Assembly: GCA_028534125.1 (NCBI GenBank)
Contig: CM052818.1
Location: forward strand, 5,334,001 to 5,398,000
Origin: Lama glama
Lineage: Eukaryota
Direction of reading: 5' to 3'
DNA: 64,000 nt
Part shown: positions 26,451-39,830 of the stretch, in pieces
How the letters are laid out: each line of letters opens with the position of its first letter
How positions within the stretch are numbered: position 1 is the stretch's first letter
Notes under the pieces: model-generated
Database searches by the model: none
What the model was told of the DNA's origin: nothing
What the model saw: only the letters and a program-made list of their open reading frames with translations
Made by a program: the position numbers and the translations under genes

Positions 26451-27544
26451 AAAGAACTGAGGACTCTCAGGTACCCGAAATACCCCTCCCCTATTTTTGA
26501 CATACTCATCGTGGCACCTAGTGAAACCTACAAGCCAACAAAATGACATGGTAGCACCTTGGACCTCCTCTTATGCCAGGGTGACTGGCAGGAAATTTAA
26601 TGATGTTATTCATGGGAAGTACATGATATAGTGCAAAAATAGGAACTTATTTTCAATTCCCAAATATAAGCAAAAGATTATTCTTTCTGGAAAAAAAAAT
26701 AGATGTAATGTCCTTTTCCTTCGTGTCTCCAGTATACACAAAGCCTCTTCCAAAAGTCCAGGGGAGAATCATGATCCAGCCATGGAGACGGCAGGCACAG
26801 CAGTGCAGCTGAGAGAAGTAGGGAGCTGCAGCAACTGGGAGCCAGCTGCAACCAGCACTGCACAGAGCAGAGATGGATGGAAGCAAAGCCCTCAGTGAAA
26901 AGTCACCTGATGGACACTCTTAGTTGAAGACTCTACCCTTGTCCAGGGCCCAAGCAAGACTAACACTTAACAGTAAAGCCATTGAAACCAGAACGCAGAC
27001 TTTGCCCAAGCAAGAGGCACAAATGATGTGTGACAGGAGCCATGTTTGGCAAATCAAGGAGAACACAGAAGAGTTCAGGAACGTTCTCTTGGCCACACTG
27101 ATAAAAGGTTATCACTAGAAGATGGTCACCAATGTCCACTGTGCATTTGTTATATTTTGTAAAGAGACAGGTGGGATTTTCTGATGGATGGCCTTGGAGC
27201 TCTCCCTCCAATGTGCCTGACAATGACCTAACTGGGACTGATGGCTTTCTTCTTTGGGGGAAGGTGTGAGGCTGCAACTTGCCATACATACATAGACGCA
27301 CTTTGCCCCAACTTCACCAACTCCCCCCTGCTCTTCATTCTTTTAGCATTTGGTTCTCGCGTGGGGGCTCAGCTCTTGAGTCTCTCCTGGGGATTAAGGA
27401 TGGCAGAGGCTGCAAAGGAGGACTCACTCCATTGATGCATTTCTCCCGCATATGATGCATATCTTCCACCAAATTACTCCAATATTCCTGGAAATACTTA
27501 ACATTTACAAACTGCTTGTTTTCTGATGCATGCTGAAGTGTCTG

Positions 27545-27690
27545 TAAACCTCACTTGTCTCAAATGCAAAATGACACTAGTCATATCCAGCTCACAGATT
27601 TGTTACGAAGACTATGTAAGACAGCATGTATAAAGGATGAGCATGGTGCCTGCACGTGGTAATTACAATAAATGAGAGCTACTGCTATCA
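27545..27690 (+). mobile_element. MIR SINE
   Basis: cctcacttgtctcaaatgcaaaatg...agcatggtgcctgcacgtggtaa. Confidence 0.65.
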
Positions 27691-28299
27691 TGGGATTTAT
27701 TATTCATATTTTTATCATTTGGCTTTTGAGTTCCCAAATCCTTCTAGTGAACCCATCACACTTTCAAAATGGTCTCTATAGTAAAGGACAAAAAATATAA
27801 GAAAATGTTTCTTTACTTCTTTTTTTTTTCTTATTTTCACTTTATTTTAATTTGTAAAGAAAAGGAGAGAGGTTAAGTATTCTTAGAAGTCTTGGGTTTG
27901 ATTTAAGTTAACTTAGCAGCTGACATTCATAGAAAATCAAATAAGCTAAGACTCTTTAAACTTTATTCCTTCACAATGTCATATTTCAATTCCATCTCAA
28001 CTAACGATCAAAATAATTCCACGAATCTCAATTAAGGAGGAGGAGGATTTAAGGTACAGCCTCCTCTCTGGAAGGTCAGTACAGGTTTTTCCTGCAGCTC
28101 TTTGTACAATACCAAGGGCATATAAGACACCTATTACCCTTGCAGGGAGGACACTAGGGAATTCTAAACAAAACGCAAAGTGTATTTTACTCCTAATAAT
28201 TAGAACTGGATGAACAGCTAGGAAAAAAAATATGAACCAGCTCAAACGAAACTGGTTCAGCTGTAACTGATCTAATGCAGTTTTCCAAAGAATAATTGA

Positions 28300-28460
28300 T
28301 ATTATATAATCGTAACTGCCAGTTTATGTCACAAAAGTGACATTTGACACTTTCCGGCTAACCAGCCTAACATCATCAATTAAAACATCACTTGCGTAAT
28401 GACATGTCACTAGTCAGCGTAACGTCATAAATTATGACATCACTTCTTTTATGAAACTGG
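28300..28460. promoter_or_regulatory. Putative enhancer: cluster of TGACA, GTCATAAA and TTGCGTAA motifs
   Basis: Six TGACA/TGTCA cores, three short palindromes and retained CpGs in non-repeat AT-rich DNA; function is inferred only. Confidence 0.45.
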
Positions 28461-28583
28461 AAGATTGAGCAGAGGAGATTGGAAAGACAGTCCTACTGAA
28501 AACCAGCATTCCTCTTTGATTTGTGTTTTCAGAATCTTTTATGCTCTAATAAGCCAGAATGCTTAGTAGTAAGTGAGTATATT

Positions 28584-28637
28584 AGGGGGGAAAAAAAAGA
28601 GAGAGAGAGAGAGAAAAGGAAGGAAGGAAGGAAGAAA
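28584..28637 (+). repeat. Pure purine tract containing G6 A8 (GA)8 and (AAGG)n
   Basis: 54 consecutive purines read directly. Confidence 0.95.
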
Positions 28638-29300
28638 TCTCATGAAATCAAAACAGAATTTACAAAGTTTTAGCAGGGGTTGGGTTTTGTTTCTTTGTTT
28701 TTTGGCATAATGAGATGTTACTGAAAACAGAACACTGGTTGAACCAAGGATACAAATAGGAATGTGGACTCAGAGAAAAACAAAACAAAAAAACAGAGGG
28801 AAAAGGGTGGGAGGAGGGGTGTCAGAGGGATGAAAGGAGGGGGTAGCAAACGTGAGGAAAGGGGAGGAGGGAATTTTTTACTTTCTTTCCGTTTCTTTAG
28901 AAAACCAACACAAGAACAAATCATACATTTTCTAGTTGCCCTTAGTTATGGTTTAATACCCCTGGATGGTGATAATAAGATTTTATTTCACAACTGAACT
29001 GTGAAATGGCTGTTCTTGGAAATCCCTGGAAAATAGGAAGCAGGAAAGAAGACTTTGAGTTTGGGTTTGAATTTGGAAGAGTATATTCATGTCTCACCAA
29101 ACCCATTTAAAAACAATTTATATGTTAGGAAGTTTGCATATTACCTATAGGACTTCCAAAAGCTAACTGCTTGCTTTTCACCTAAGGCTTATAAGTGCGT
29201 GCTATAGAAAACATGACAGGAAATAGAGCTTCTAAGATGGGAGGCCCTAATCCTAAAGAAGGAACATTCATTCTTTTGCCCATCTAAAATACTGAATTTT

Positions 29301-29606
29301 CAAAACAGACTCACAGACAAATAAACTATGGTTACCAAAGGGGAAAAGGTGGGCTGAGGGATAAATTAGGAGTTTGGGGTTAACAGATACACATTACCAT
29401 ATATAAAACAGATAGACAACAAGGACCTACTGCATAGCACGGGGAACTCTATTTAATTTCTTGTAATAACATATAATGGAAAAGTATCTGCAAAGAAAAT
29501 ATATATGTATGTATATGTATAATTGGATCACTTTGCTGTACTCCTGAAACTAACATTATAAATCAACTACACTTCAATAAAAAAAAAATTTTAGTAAAAA
29601 TAAAAT
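29301..29606 (+). mobile_element. Artiodactyl/camelid-type L1 3' UTR with TSD
   Basis: aacagactcacagaca...aacaaggacctactgcatagcac...cacttcaataaaaaaa; aaaatactgaatttt (29286-29300) vs aaaatagtggatttt (29607-29621). Confidence 0.9.
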
Positions 29607-32600
29607 AAAATAGTGGATTTTAAGGCAGAAAAGAGCCATTTCCCAAACTATTTCTTGAGCATCTGCTAAGCCAACAGCTACAGGAAGGAAGTAAGGAAAC
29701 ACATCCAACAGGAGAGGAAGCGATGGGTCTCTCCTTCAGTCTTGGGGTCCGGCCATGATCAAACGCGAGAACTGCCAGGCATGGAACTTCATTTATAAGA
29801 GCTAATATGCAAGTGTTGCCTTCCTCTTACTTTACAATTTGGCAGTAGAGAGACAGAAGAGACTTTTCAAAGTCCTAATCTTAATTTTTCAGGAAATTAA
29901 CCCAATTGATTACTTTAAAGTCATGTATGTAATTATGCATATGAACATCACAAGAGTTGTGGAAAGATTTTTTTGTCCTCTGTATACCTTGCAGTTGAGC
30001 AGGGTAAACTGTAAGCAATAAGGTAGACATTCTTGACCTCCACCAGCATTTGGTTTGGAGCACACTAGAGGCATACATCTCCTTCCAGGCTAACCTATAC
30101 TTAAAATAAAAAGAAAGGGCTACCCAAAAAAGTGCTACCAGGCAGATCATATTAGAATTCTCAAAATTCTATCTGGTAGTTGGGTTTTAGCTCTTAAGTT
30201 CAATCTTTAAATTCATCGGATCAATGAAGTTTCTATATTAGCCAATGGTAAAATGAAGAAACAAGTGAATAAAATGGAAGGCAAAAATAAAACCCCACAA
30301 AATAGTTACTGGTATTTGAATATTTTAACTACTTTGCATAGAATTAACAAATTCTGCTTTATCTTGACTTTGATAAACTGCGACAGGCAAGTTCAGGCCT
30401 TGACAGCCACTAGGCAAAGTCCCATGACATCAAGCCGCAGGGTGTGGCTGTTGGCATCCTTTGGTGATTGAATATCAAAAAGTACCAACAGTTCTCATTC
30501 ATCTTGGGATGGTTCCTGGTGGATGCCTCGCCCTGACAAGGGAAATTTTTAGCAGTTTTCCCAAGGCTTAAGAAGATAAAGTACAAATCTGTGTTGTAAA
30601 ATGTGTTCCTTTAATGATTGTTTCTTAAATTGTAGTCACATCATGAGATTTCTGTGTGTTGATTCTTGAACCAAAGGAAACCTTTTGAGAGCATCTTTGG
30701 GTTAAACAAGATAAACATTAAGGCTAATGTTTGTGATAAAAAGATAAGTTGCTGTTATTACTAATTCGTGGTTGCCATTTATAATAAAATATACCAAAAG
30801 TCCTCCTATAAACACATATATTTTTGGACTGGGGACAGGGTTATTGACTATGTAGAATCTGCAATTTTTAGAATGCATAGGAATCAACGTTTGAAAGTTG
30901 TTTAGCCAGTTTTGATAGTGAGTGATTTCAATAGCAGACTTCAGAGTATGAAACAAATCCCAAGTTTCCAAGTAATTTTATGTAAGTTGAGGCGGCTTTG
31001 GCTACACTGGAACATGAATAAATTTTTTAATCTGTTTTTTAAGGACCAAAGTTTTGGAGAAGGAAGGAAGCATCACAAGGAGTAAGAAGGGCCTGAAAGG
31101 CTCCAAGTGCACTTGGAGCAAAGCATGAAGGTACCCAAATACTGGCGCACGTATGTCAGTTGCCATGAAACAAGTTTGCAAATAACAGAGTATAATTTTA
31201 AGCAAATCCATGTAAATTGTCAGAGTATATATTAGCCATCTCTGTAGGGACTGTGATTTACTTAGTCTCATTTCTTGACTTCTTTTTGAAAAATTTTTGC
31301 TATGAATATTTATGTCTAGACTTCATTTACCGACTGAATTTCTACTCTATTGGAATTATGCATCCCCATAGTGCATCCAAGAAAGGTGAGCAGTTAGAGG
31401 TGAGGAAAGAGATTTCCTGACCTTTTAGAAATAGCAAGCTACACTGGATTAAGTACAGCCTGAGCGAGGTTACTCGCGGGTTGGTGGAACGTCATTATCT
31501 CAGAATTACCGCAGTGAAACAATTAGCGTGCAACAGATTCGGTGCCAGACCTGCCCTTGTTCTGAACTTTTGTTAAAGCATCTCGGTCCATCCTGGAATT
31601 GGGCAATTTGTAATTCTTACGGTAGGTGGGTGTTAGTGAGGGATTCCACATATTCCTCATCTTGAGTGCAAACTTATTTGCAGCTGGTGCTTGTCAGAAG
31701 AGTTGTAAACGCGAAGGCGCTAGACTTGATCCGATGGGAGTGTTTCCTTGGTGATGAAGCGTTCACTAGACGAGCCTCCCCAGCCATCAGATGTGCAGCC
31801 GGCGCTCATGTCAGTCCTCAAGTGTGCAGGCGGAAGGTGCTGGACTTCTGGCTCTCAGTCTCCCACAGCTGGTTCTTTTTAAAACGGAACTTTGGGCTAA
31901 AGGAAGTCAAGCTTGAGTACACCGCAGAAGTGTTCATTTTTGGAAGTCATTTCCATTTCCTCTTTGCGTTTTTACAAAACTGCCTCCAGTGGCAGGGGCA
32001 GATTTATTTCAGCCTGTTTATGTTTCCAACAAAATTTAGAAGCTATTTCTTCGGCCAAACAACAGGCTAAGCCTCAAGGATGGGTGAGTCAGGCAGGCTG
32101 GTTGCTGTGCCTGGTGCTGTTTAAAGGAAAGGTTTATGTTTTCCTTGAAAGATGCTTTTAAACGGCTATTTCTTGAAACAGTTAAGTAAGTTAGAAAGAT
32201 GTGAGAAATCACAATGAAATGGGGTGATTTTTCAAAATTGTTTTTTTCTCAATTGATTACACACTGTGGAGCCTAAAGGTGGGATCTGTGTTCAGTTAGG
32301 ATGAAGGGAAGGCACTGAATGAAGTCAGATTGATACTTCCTAAGAGAAACTGTTTCTTTTACTCAGTGGGAAGGAAACAGTATTTGTCTTAAGTAGTAAA
32401 CAGATGCGTGATGTTACATAAACAAGAGGAGCTCATTCTGCCACTTTAATGGAAATCAAGTAATACGAAAAGAGATCACCCAAAAAGGTGTTTGAAGGAT
32501 TGTAAATGTTTATAGTTCTTGAATAAAAAGGAACATAACATTATAAAACATCCTTTTGTTTGTTTTTACTATCCATAACAATGTAGTGAATAAAACAACT

Positions 32601-32669
32601 TGGATATACTACAAAGGAAGCAAGGAGAGGGAAGAAAACCGCCCAAGACAAGCGTGATTTATCAGGAAA

Positions 32670-32880
32670 ATCATTTGTTGATATTTACTAAGGACCAAGT
32701 ACTGTGTTAAGAGATCCCATATCTAAACTAAGTCATTTATCTTACACAACCATCTTTATAAGTAAAATTATTCCGATTCCCATAAGAGACATCTGAGCCT
32801 CAGAGAAATCGAGAAATTTGGAAATGCTATAAAACCAAACCACCATAGGGCTAAAGCATAAACTTAGGTTCAGTTCTAAA
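32670..32880 (-). mobile_element. MIR SINE
   Basis: catttgttgatatttactaaggaccaagtactgtgttaag...ctgagcctcagagaaatcgagaaatttg. Confidence 0.65.
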
Positions 32881-33096
32881 GATGACAACTTCTTTTCACT
32901 CTTTTATTTATTGAGCAACTTTCTACTGAGGAATACTGACAGAAAGAGAGAGGGTTCTGTGAACATTTATTATAGATGCTGAAAGTTTAAGCCTGTACCA
33001 AGTACAGAGTGGAAGATACTGATATAGTTTAAGGTTATTCATAAGGAGAAGGGGATGATCATATTCTTTGGGGTTGAAAAAAAAAAAGGTCACATT

Positions 33097-33796
33097 AGTA
33101 TGGAGGTTTCTTAAAAACTAAAAACAGACTTACTATATGATCCAGCAATCCCATTCCTGGGCATATATCTAGAGAAAACTATCATTTGAAAAGACACATG
33201 TACCTCAGTGTCCCTGGCAACACTATTGACAATAGCCAAGATATGGAAGCAACCTAAATGTCCATCAACAGATGACTGGATAAAGAAGATGTGGTATATA
33301 TATATAATGGACTACTACTCAGCCATAAAAAAGAATGAAATAATGCCATTTGTAGCAACATGGATGGATCTAGAGATTATTATATTAAGTGAAATAAGTC
33401 AGACTGAGAAAGACAAGTATCATATGACCTTGCATATATGTGAAATCTAAAAAAAAAAAAAAGAGAGAGAGAGAGATACAAATTTTATTTACAAACCAGA
33501 AAGAGACACATGGACGTAGAAAACAAGCTGTGGTTACCCAGGAGAAATGGGAGTACGGGGAAGGATAGATTAGGAGTCTGGGATTAACAAATATACATAA
33601 CTATATACAAAATAGATAAACAACAAGGACCTACTGTTTAGCACAGGGAACTATATTCAATTTCTTGTAATGAGCTGTAATGGAAAAGAAACTGAAAAAA
33701 AATGTATGTATATGTATATGTATAACTGAATAGGTTTGCTGTACACCTGAAACTAACATTGTAAATAGACTACACTTCAACAAAAAATTAGGGGGG
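33097..33796 (+). mobile_element. Artiodactyl/camelid-type L1 ORF2 C-terminus plus 3' UTR
   Basis: ORF 33208-33450 (IAKIWKQPKCPSTDDWIKKMWYIY...IMPFVATWMDLEIIILSEISQ) is the L1 ORF2 C-terminus; gtcacat on both flanks. Confidence 0.93.
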
Positions 33797-34856
33797 AAAA
33801 GTCACATCGATACGCTCAATTAAGCTAGCATTAGTCTTATGGAAGCTTTTCCAATTTCTTCTTTGCTTTCACACAAATCTACCTTAAGTGGAGGCAGCTT
33901 AATCTTATTTTTATTTCTGACAAATTTGAAATGGGATTTCTCAGGCTAACCTACTGTCCAATGAAACTGCAAAGATCAATGGTATAGAGATGACACTGCC
34001 ATCTTCATACATTTTTTTACTTTGTTGGGAGAATAAGACTTTGGCTTGTGTTTAAGTTATGACTCTTCTCACAAATTTTCTTTATTTTTGTTAATTGTGG
34101 AGCAATACAGTGTGGTAGAAAGTATGCTGAACTTGAAGTGAAGGGACTCTGTTTCCCCTGGTCCATGCCCTTCCGGGCATGTCATCTTGGTTGGGTTAGT
34201 GGCTTCATGGCGCCAGGCTTCCCCTCCTTCACCGGCCAACAGGATGATCTAGAACTGACTCTAAGTTCCATCACCTCTAGAAAATTTTACTTTTGGAAAC
34301 TTTATGTCTGTGACCACACAATTCAAAACATGTTCATAAATGATGACTGAAATTCTAACCACTGAAGGTTTGACTCTTTATCATTATGCAGAGCCCAGCC
34401 CTATCATTTTTTATTCTTTAATGAGCTTTAATGGGATGCAGTACTTAAATTCAGCACCAGCTCTCTGAATGTGTTTTTTGGAATGGTTTTTATTTAGACA
34501 AACTGAATTAGGAATATCAACTCAGCGCTATTCTCTTCTGTCACGAACATTTTGAAAAAGAAAACACATTCAAGGGTTTTCTGGGGGTTGCAAGCTCATT
34601 ATGTTTATGAGTTCCACTTACACAAGGAACTAGAACACATCTTCTCAATATGAGATGTTGACATGTCTTCCACAGTTTCCAACTTCTAAATGACTTCAGG
34701 TTTTATTTTGTTTATGCTCACCTGCTGGTGACCTCACTCTGTCTTATTTACACCATTTATAATGCTGATGACTCCCACATTTTTGTCTCCAGATCAAACC
34801 TCCTAACTTCACCTCATTGACATCTAACTGTTTACTAGACCTCTTTCCTAGGATGC

Positions 34857-35060
34857 TGTTGTGAGTTGAATCATCCCTTCAGAACAGGTATGTGGAAGTA
34901 CTAGCCCCCAGTACCTCAGGATGTGACCTTATTTGGGAGTAAGTTCTTTACAGAGGTAATCAAGTTATAACCAGGTCATTATGGTGGACTCTAGTTCAAC
35001 AGGACCAGTTCTCTCTTGAAAAAAGGGAAATTTAGGTACAGAAACAGGCACACACAGAAT
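34857..35060 (+). mobile_element. MLT1 (ERVL-MaLR) LTR 5' half
   Basis: tgttgtgagttgaat...cccagtacctcaggatgtgaccttatttgg...gaggtaatcaagtta. Confidence 0.85.
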
Positions 35061-37204
35061 GCTATTATTTCTGGATATACTGGGTTTCTTGCGTTATGTT
35101 CAGAATGAATGAGTGATGGGGTGTCAGCTCATGGTGATCAGAAACCTATCAGCCCACCACAACATGCCAGGTATCAGCTTTTCTAGGAAAACTTCGTCAG
35201 TCCTCCCAGCTCACCTCCTTTTCTTTTTATGGATTCCCATGAACTACAGAATATTGCCCACTTAATTTTTCTATTACTTCTCTATCTGCAAATCTTTCTC
35301 TCCACCGTAATGCACATTTCTGAAGAGCAAGAGCCTCATTGCTCATCCATAGGGTATCTTCCACCACCCCTAGTACAGAGCTATATCCCTTTGGAAAAGG
35401 ATAAAGTTTCAGGGGAAAATGGAGCATATTAGTAGTTAATGAGGGTGTCAGTTAGACCAATCCCACAGAGGAGATAGTGTCTTCACAGGGACAAGCCTTA
35501 GACGGGGTGTTTGGAAGGTTTGCTTGCCAAGAATCTCATTGACGGGAGACCATAGGCTCTATGGAGGATGTAGGGAATGTCAATCAAATTACTTTGTGGA
35601 GAGGTGTCTGTTCACATTTGTCTCCCGTTTTGGGATGTCTAATAAGAGTGGAGGGACCTGGCTTCACACACTTACACTTAGGGGTAGCCCACATGAGACT
35701 GTGATTTATGGGGATGGAATAAAGCTGGGTAGGTATTCAGTGTAATTCTGTTTTGGGTGGGAAGGGTGCTATTTATAGCAGGTTGTTCATCACTGGTAGA
35801 GCCAGCTTCATCTGGACGGTATTATCAAGCATAATTCTAGCTCTAGCTCTCGTGAACTTCTTTTCTGGTTTCAGGCTAGACACTTAGAGAAATTGCCTAA
35901 ACTCCTTCCTGGAAGAAGCAACTATTGGCAGCTGCTTCTTTTACAGTAATTTGAATCATTAACAAAATGAAACTTAAATGACATATGCAATTTAATTTTC
36001 CTTTTTCATTCTTAATTCTATATTTTATCTTGCCCTTCTGCATTATATCCACTTTTTAAACTAAAAATAATATTGATTTATTTTTGAGAAATTATAAACA
36101 AAATTAAAATGTTTATGTAATAAAGGAATTAGTTGAGAGTCCTATTTGGCTGGAACCCTTCTAAACAGTGTCTTCCTTTATTATGCAACCATATATTTAC
36201 CTGATGTTCAGTGGTTGTACTGATAGAGATCATCAATTTAAATAATTCATATCTTTATGAAGGGGTTGGGTGATTTGTGATATAAAAAGACAACACTGTT
36301 TCGGTGGTTCAGCTGCGCAGTGACTGAATGCAGGATGAATGCAATCTTTGCAAACGGAGATTGGCCCATGCAGCTATTGTTTTATTCATTTTAAAAACTT
36401 TAGAACTCAGTGTACCATCTTTGCAAGGTGGGCAGTATCACTGTTGCACAACTTTGGGAGCATTATTCACATTTATTATTGTGTGTGAATGGAATTCCTA
36501 GAGCAGTTGCCTTCTGACATTTACATAGAACACAGTTTTGAATGGTTTCTCTTGAAGGGCTGCAGCCCTGAGGCACACTGGGCTGGGCTTGAAGAATCAA
36601 CTAGAGAGAACAAGAGGGGGAAAGCCATCAGCCATCCGGGAATCTCTAGACAGTTCTCACAGATGCTACCCTCCGATCAAGGATTCTTGCTTGCACTTGT
36701 GAAATAAGCTAAACAGAAGCACAGATAATAAAATCATCACATTCAAGAGTGAAAGAACATGACCAAAATTCTCTTAAATGAAAAGGTGGGTTTTTTTTTT
36801 CAATTTTAAAGTCAATAATGGAAAACCAGGTGGCATTCAATAAAAATAAAAGCAAAGGAGCCACTTGACCAATAAAATGACAAAGTTAATAAAAATAAGA
36901 TGAACTAACAAGTAGCAAAGGCATAGAATGATCAATTAATTAATATAAAAAAAATAGAATGTTGGCCAGCTCATGGTGCCAGGAAATTCCTAGATATTGG
37001 ATTGGAGGCTCAGAAGAGTAGCAGCCTCTGCCCAGAAAGTCGGCAGGGCTGGTTTCCTTCTCCTGTCCTTCCCACCTTTTCTCCTCAGCAAATCAGGAAA
37101 GGCCAAGATGGGTGAGGAAGCAGTGAGCACAATCTATTTCATTTGTATATAAATTCTTATGACCATGAGTCCTAGACTCTTGAAATTCAAAAGCTCGAAA
37201 TTGA

Positions 37205-39460
37205 AAGAGAAAAAGTATTTGACAAAGCTCAGCAATATTTATGGGAATATATGCATATGTGATAAACTTCTCACTAAACTAGGCATAGAAGGATAAGGTG
37301 AAACTATTAAAACCCTATAGTGAACAACATATTGAATTTTGAAGCACTACACGCTTTTCCTCTTAAGATCAGGAACAAAACATGGATGTCCACTCTCACC
37401 ACTTCTACTCAACATACTGTAGGGGGTTCCGGCCCATTGAATAAGGCAAGGAAAAGAACCAAAAGGCATCCAGATCGGAAAGGAAGAAGTAAAACTCTAT
37501 GAGCAGATGACATAATAGTCCCTATACAAAATTATATGAAATCTCCTAAAAAGCCAATAAAATTAATAAATCAGTTTAGTAAGGTTGCAGTTTATAAAAC
37601 AAAAATCAATTGCATTTCCTTAGACTAACCATGAACAATCAGAAACTGAATTTTAAAAGTTAACTTATATATGTCAGCATCAAAATATGAGAAACTTAAG
37701 GATATAGCTTACAAAATATATGCAAAACCTATACTCTAAAATTTATAAGACATTGCTGAGAGAAATTAAGGAAGACCTAAGTAAATGAATACTGATACAT
37801 GGTATACCATGTTCATAGACTGAAAGACTCAATATCATTAAGGTATCAATTCTCCCCAAACTTATCTATAGATTCAATACAATTCAAATTAAATCCCAGC
37901 AAGATTTTGTAAAAAATTGGTGAACTAATCCTCAAAATCATATAGAAATGCAAAGTACCTAAAATAACCCAGACAACCTGGGAAAAGATAAACAAAATTG
38001 AAGAATTTATAGGACATAACTTCAAGATTTATCCAAAAGTTTCAGTGATTGTGGTATTGACATCAACATATGCAAATAAGTCACTGGGAAAGAACTGAGA
38101 AAACAGAAATAGATTTATACAAATATAATCAATTATTTTCAACAAAGGCACAAAGGCAATTCAATAGAGAAAATAATGCTTTCAACAAAAGTTGTCAGAA
38201 TGATAGTATACCCAGTTCCAAAAAAAAAAATTCTTGATCAGTAACATTCATTGTATACAAATATTAACTCAAATAAATCCTAGACCTAAATGTAAAACCT
38301 AAAACTTCTAGGAAAAAAAATAGGAGAAAATATTTGTGAACTTGGTGGGCCAAGATTTCTTAGCTATAACACCAAAATATAAATCACTAAAAAAATTTGA
38401 TAAATTGGGCTTTATCAAAATTAAGAAATTCTGCTCTCTGGAAGACACTCTGAATGAAAAGATAAGACAAGACTAGGATAAAATATTTGCAAATCACATT
38501 CTGATTAAGAAGTTATACCCACAATTTAAAAAGAACTTAAATTTTACAGTAAAAAAGCAAAAACAGACTCAGTAAAAAATGGGCAACAGATTTGAACAAA
38601 CACTTTAGCAAAGAAAGATATACAGATGACAAAAACACATGAAAATGCTCAACATTATTAGTCATTAGAGAAATGCAAATCCAAGCCACAATGAGATACT
38701 ACTTTATCTTTTAAGTACTACTAGTAGTATGATGGCTAATATTAAAAAGACTGATCTTGCCAAATGTTTTCAAAAATGTGGAGCAACTAGAATTCTCATA
38801 CACTGCTAGTGGGAATGTAAAATCATACAACCACTTTAGAAAACAGTTTGCCAGTTTCTGTAAAAGTTAAACATAGACCTACCTCATGACTCAGCCACGC
38901 CATTCCTAGTCACTTATCAAGAGAAATGGAAGCATGTGTCTAGATAAAGATTTCTACCTGAATGTTCATTGCAGCTGTATTTGTAATAAGTGAAAAACTG
39001 GAAATGTATGGGTCTATCATCAGGTGAAGGCATCAACAAATTGTGGTATGTTCATACAGCAGAAAAATTCTGAGCAATAAAAAGTAATGATACATGTGAC
39101 AACAGGGATGAATTTAAAAATAATTACGCTGAGTGCGAGAAGCTAGAGGAAAAAGAGTACACACTGCATGATCCATTTCTATAAAATCCCAGAAAATGTA
39201 ATCTAATCTACAGTGACAGGAACATGTCAGTGGTTTTCTAGGAACTGATGGCAGATGGGCTGGGGGTGGGGCTGAAGAGGGGTGAGAATGAGAAATTAGG
39301 AAGATGCACAACGAAAGTTTTGGAAGTGAAGGGTATGTTCATTGTCTTGATTATGGTAATGATTTCATAGGTGCATTATGTGTCAAAAATTATTATACTG
39401 TATACTATGAATATGTGCGGTTTATTTTGTCACTTATACGTCAATAAAGCTGTTAAAATC
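37205..39460 (+). mobile_element. Old L1 (L1MD/ME-like), ~2.25 kb decayed ORF2 RT region through 3' UTR
   Basis: gcttttcctcttaagatcaggaacaaaacatggatgtccactctcaccacttcta corresponds to the RT GTRQGCPLSP region; many stops and frameshifts; ends caataaagctgttaaaa. Confidence 0.92.
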
Positions 39461-39629
39461 TTGTAAAAAGTGTTAAATTAGAGGAGTAGCATGTTCAATT
39501 CATTCAGTAAATACTGATTGGATTCTAACTGTGGATCAGTTTTTCAGAAGTAAAATTTAGACAAATTATCTAGGCTGGTTATGTGTAGATAAATTGGAAG
39601 TCAAAGAAACTAGAAAAGAAGCAACTAAA

Positions 39630-39830
39630 GGATAAAGCACAAGCTCTGAAGTTAGAAGGACATAGGTTCAGATCCATCTCTTCCACTTAACACCTGTGTG
39701 ACCTTTGGAAAGTTAACTAACCTCTCTGAGCTCAGTCATTTCATCTGGAGAAGGAAAAAGCATAATATCTGAGAGTCATCACAATGTTTAGAAATCATGC
39801 ACATAAAGTATCTGGCACAAAGCAGTCCTT
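39630..39830 (+). mobile_element. MIR SINE
   Basis: ctgtgtgacctttggaaagttaactaacctctctgagctcagt MIR core. Confidence 0.8.

Noticed and set aside
30400..30453. acagccac...gtggctgt hairpin as a pre-miRNA
   Set aside because: The stem is too short and interrupted, and matches no miRNA I recognise
33208..33450. Protein-like ORFs here and at 45211-45495, 37320-37502 and 61065-61352
   Set aside because: They are remnants of L1 ORF2, not host genes
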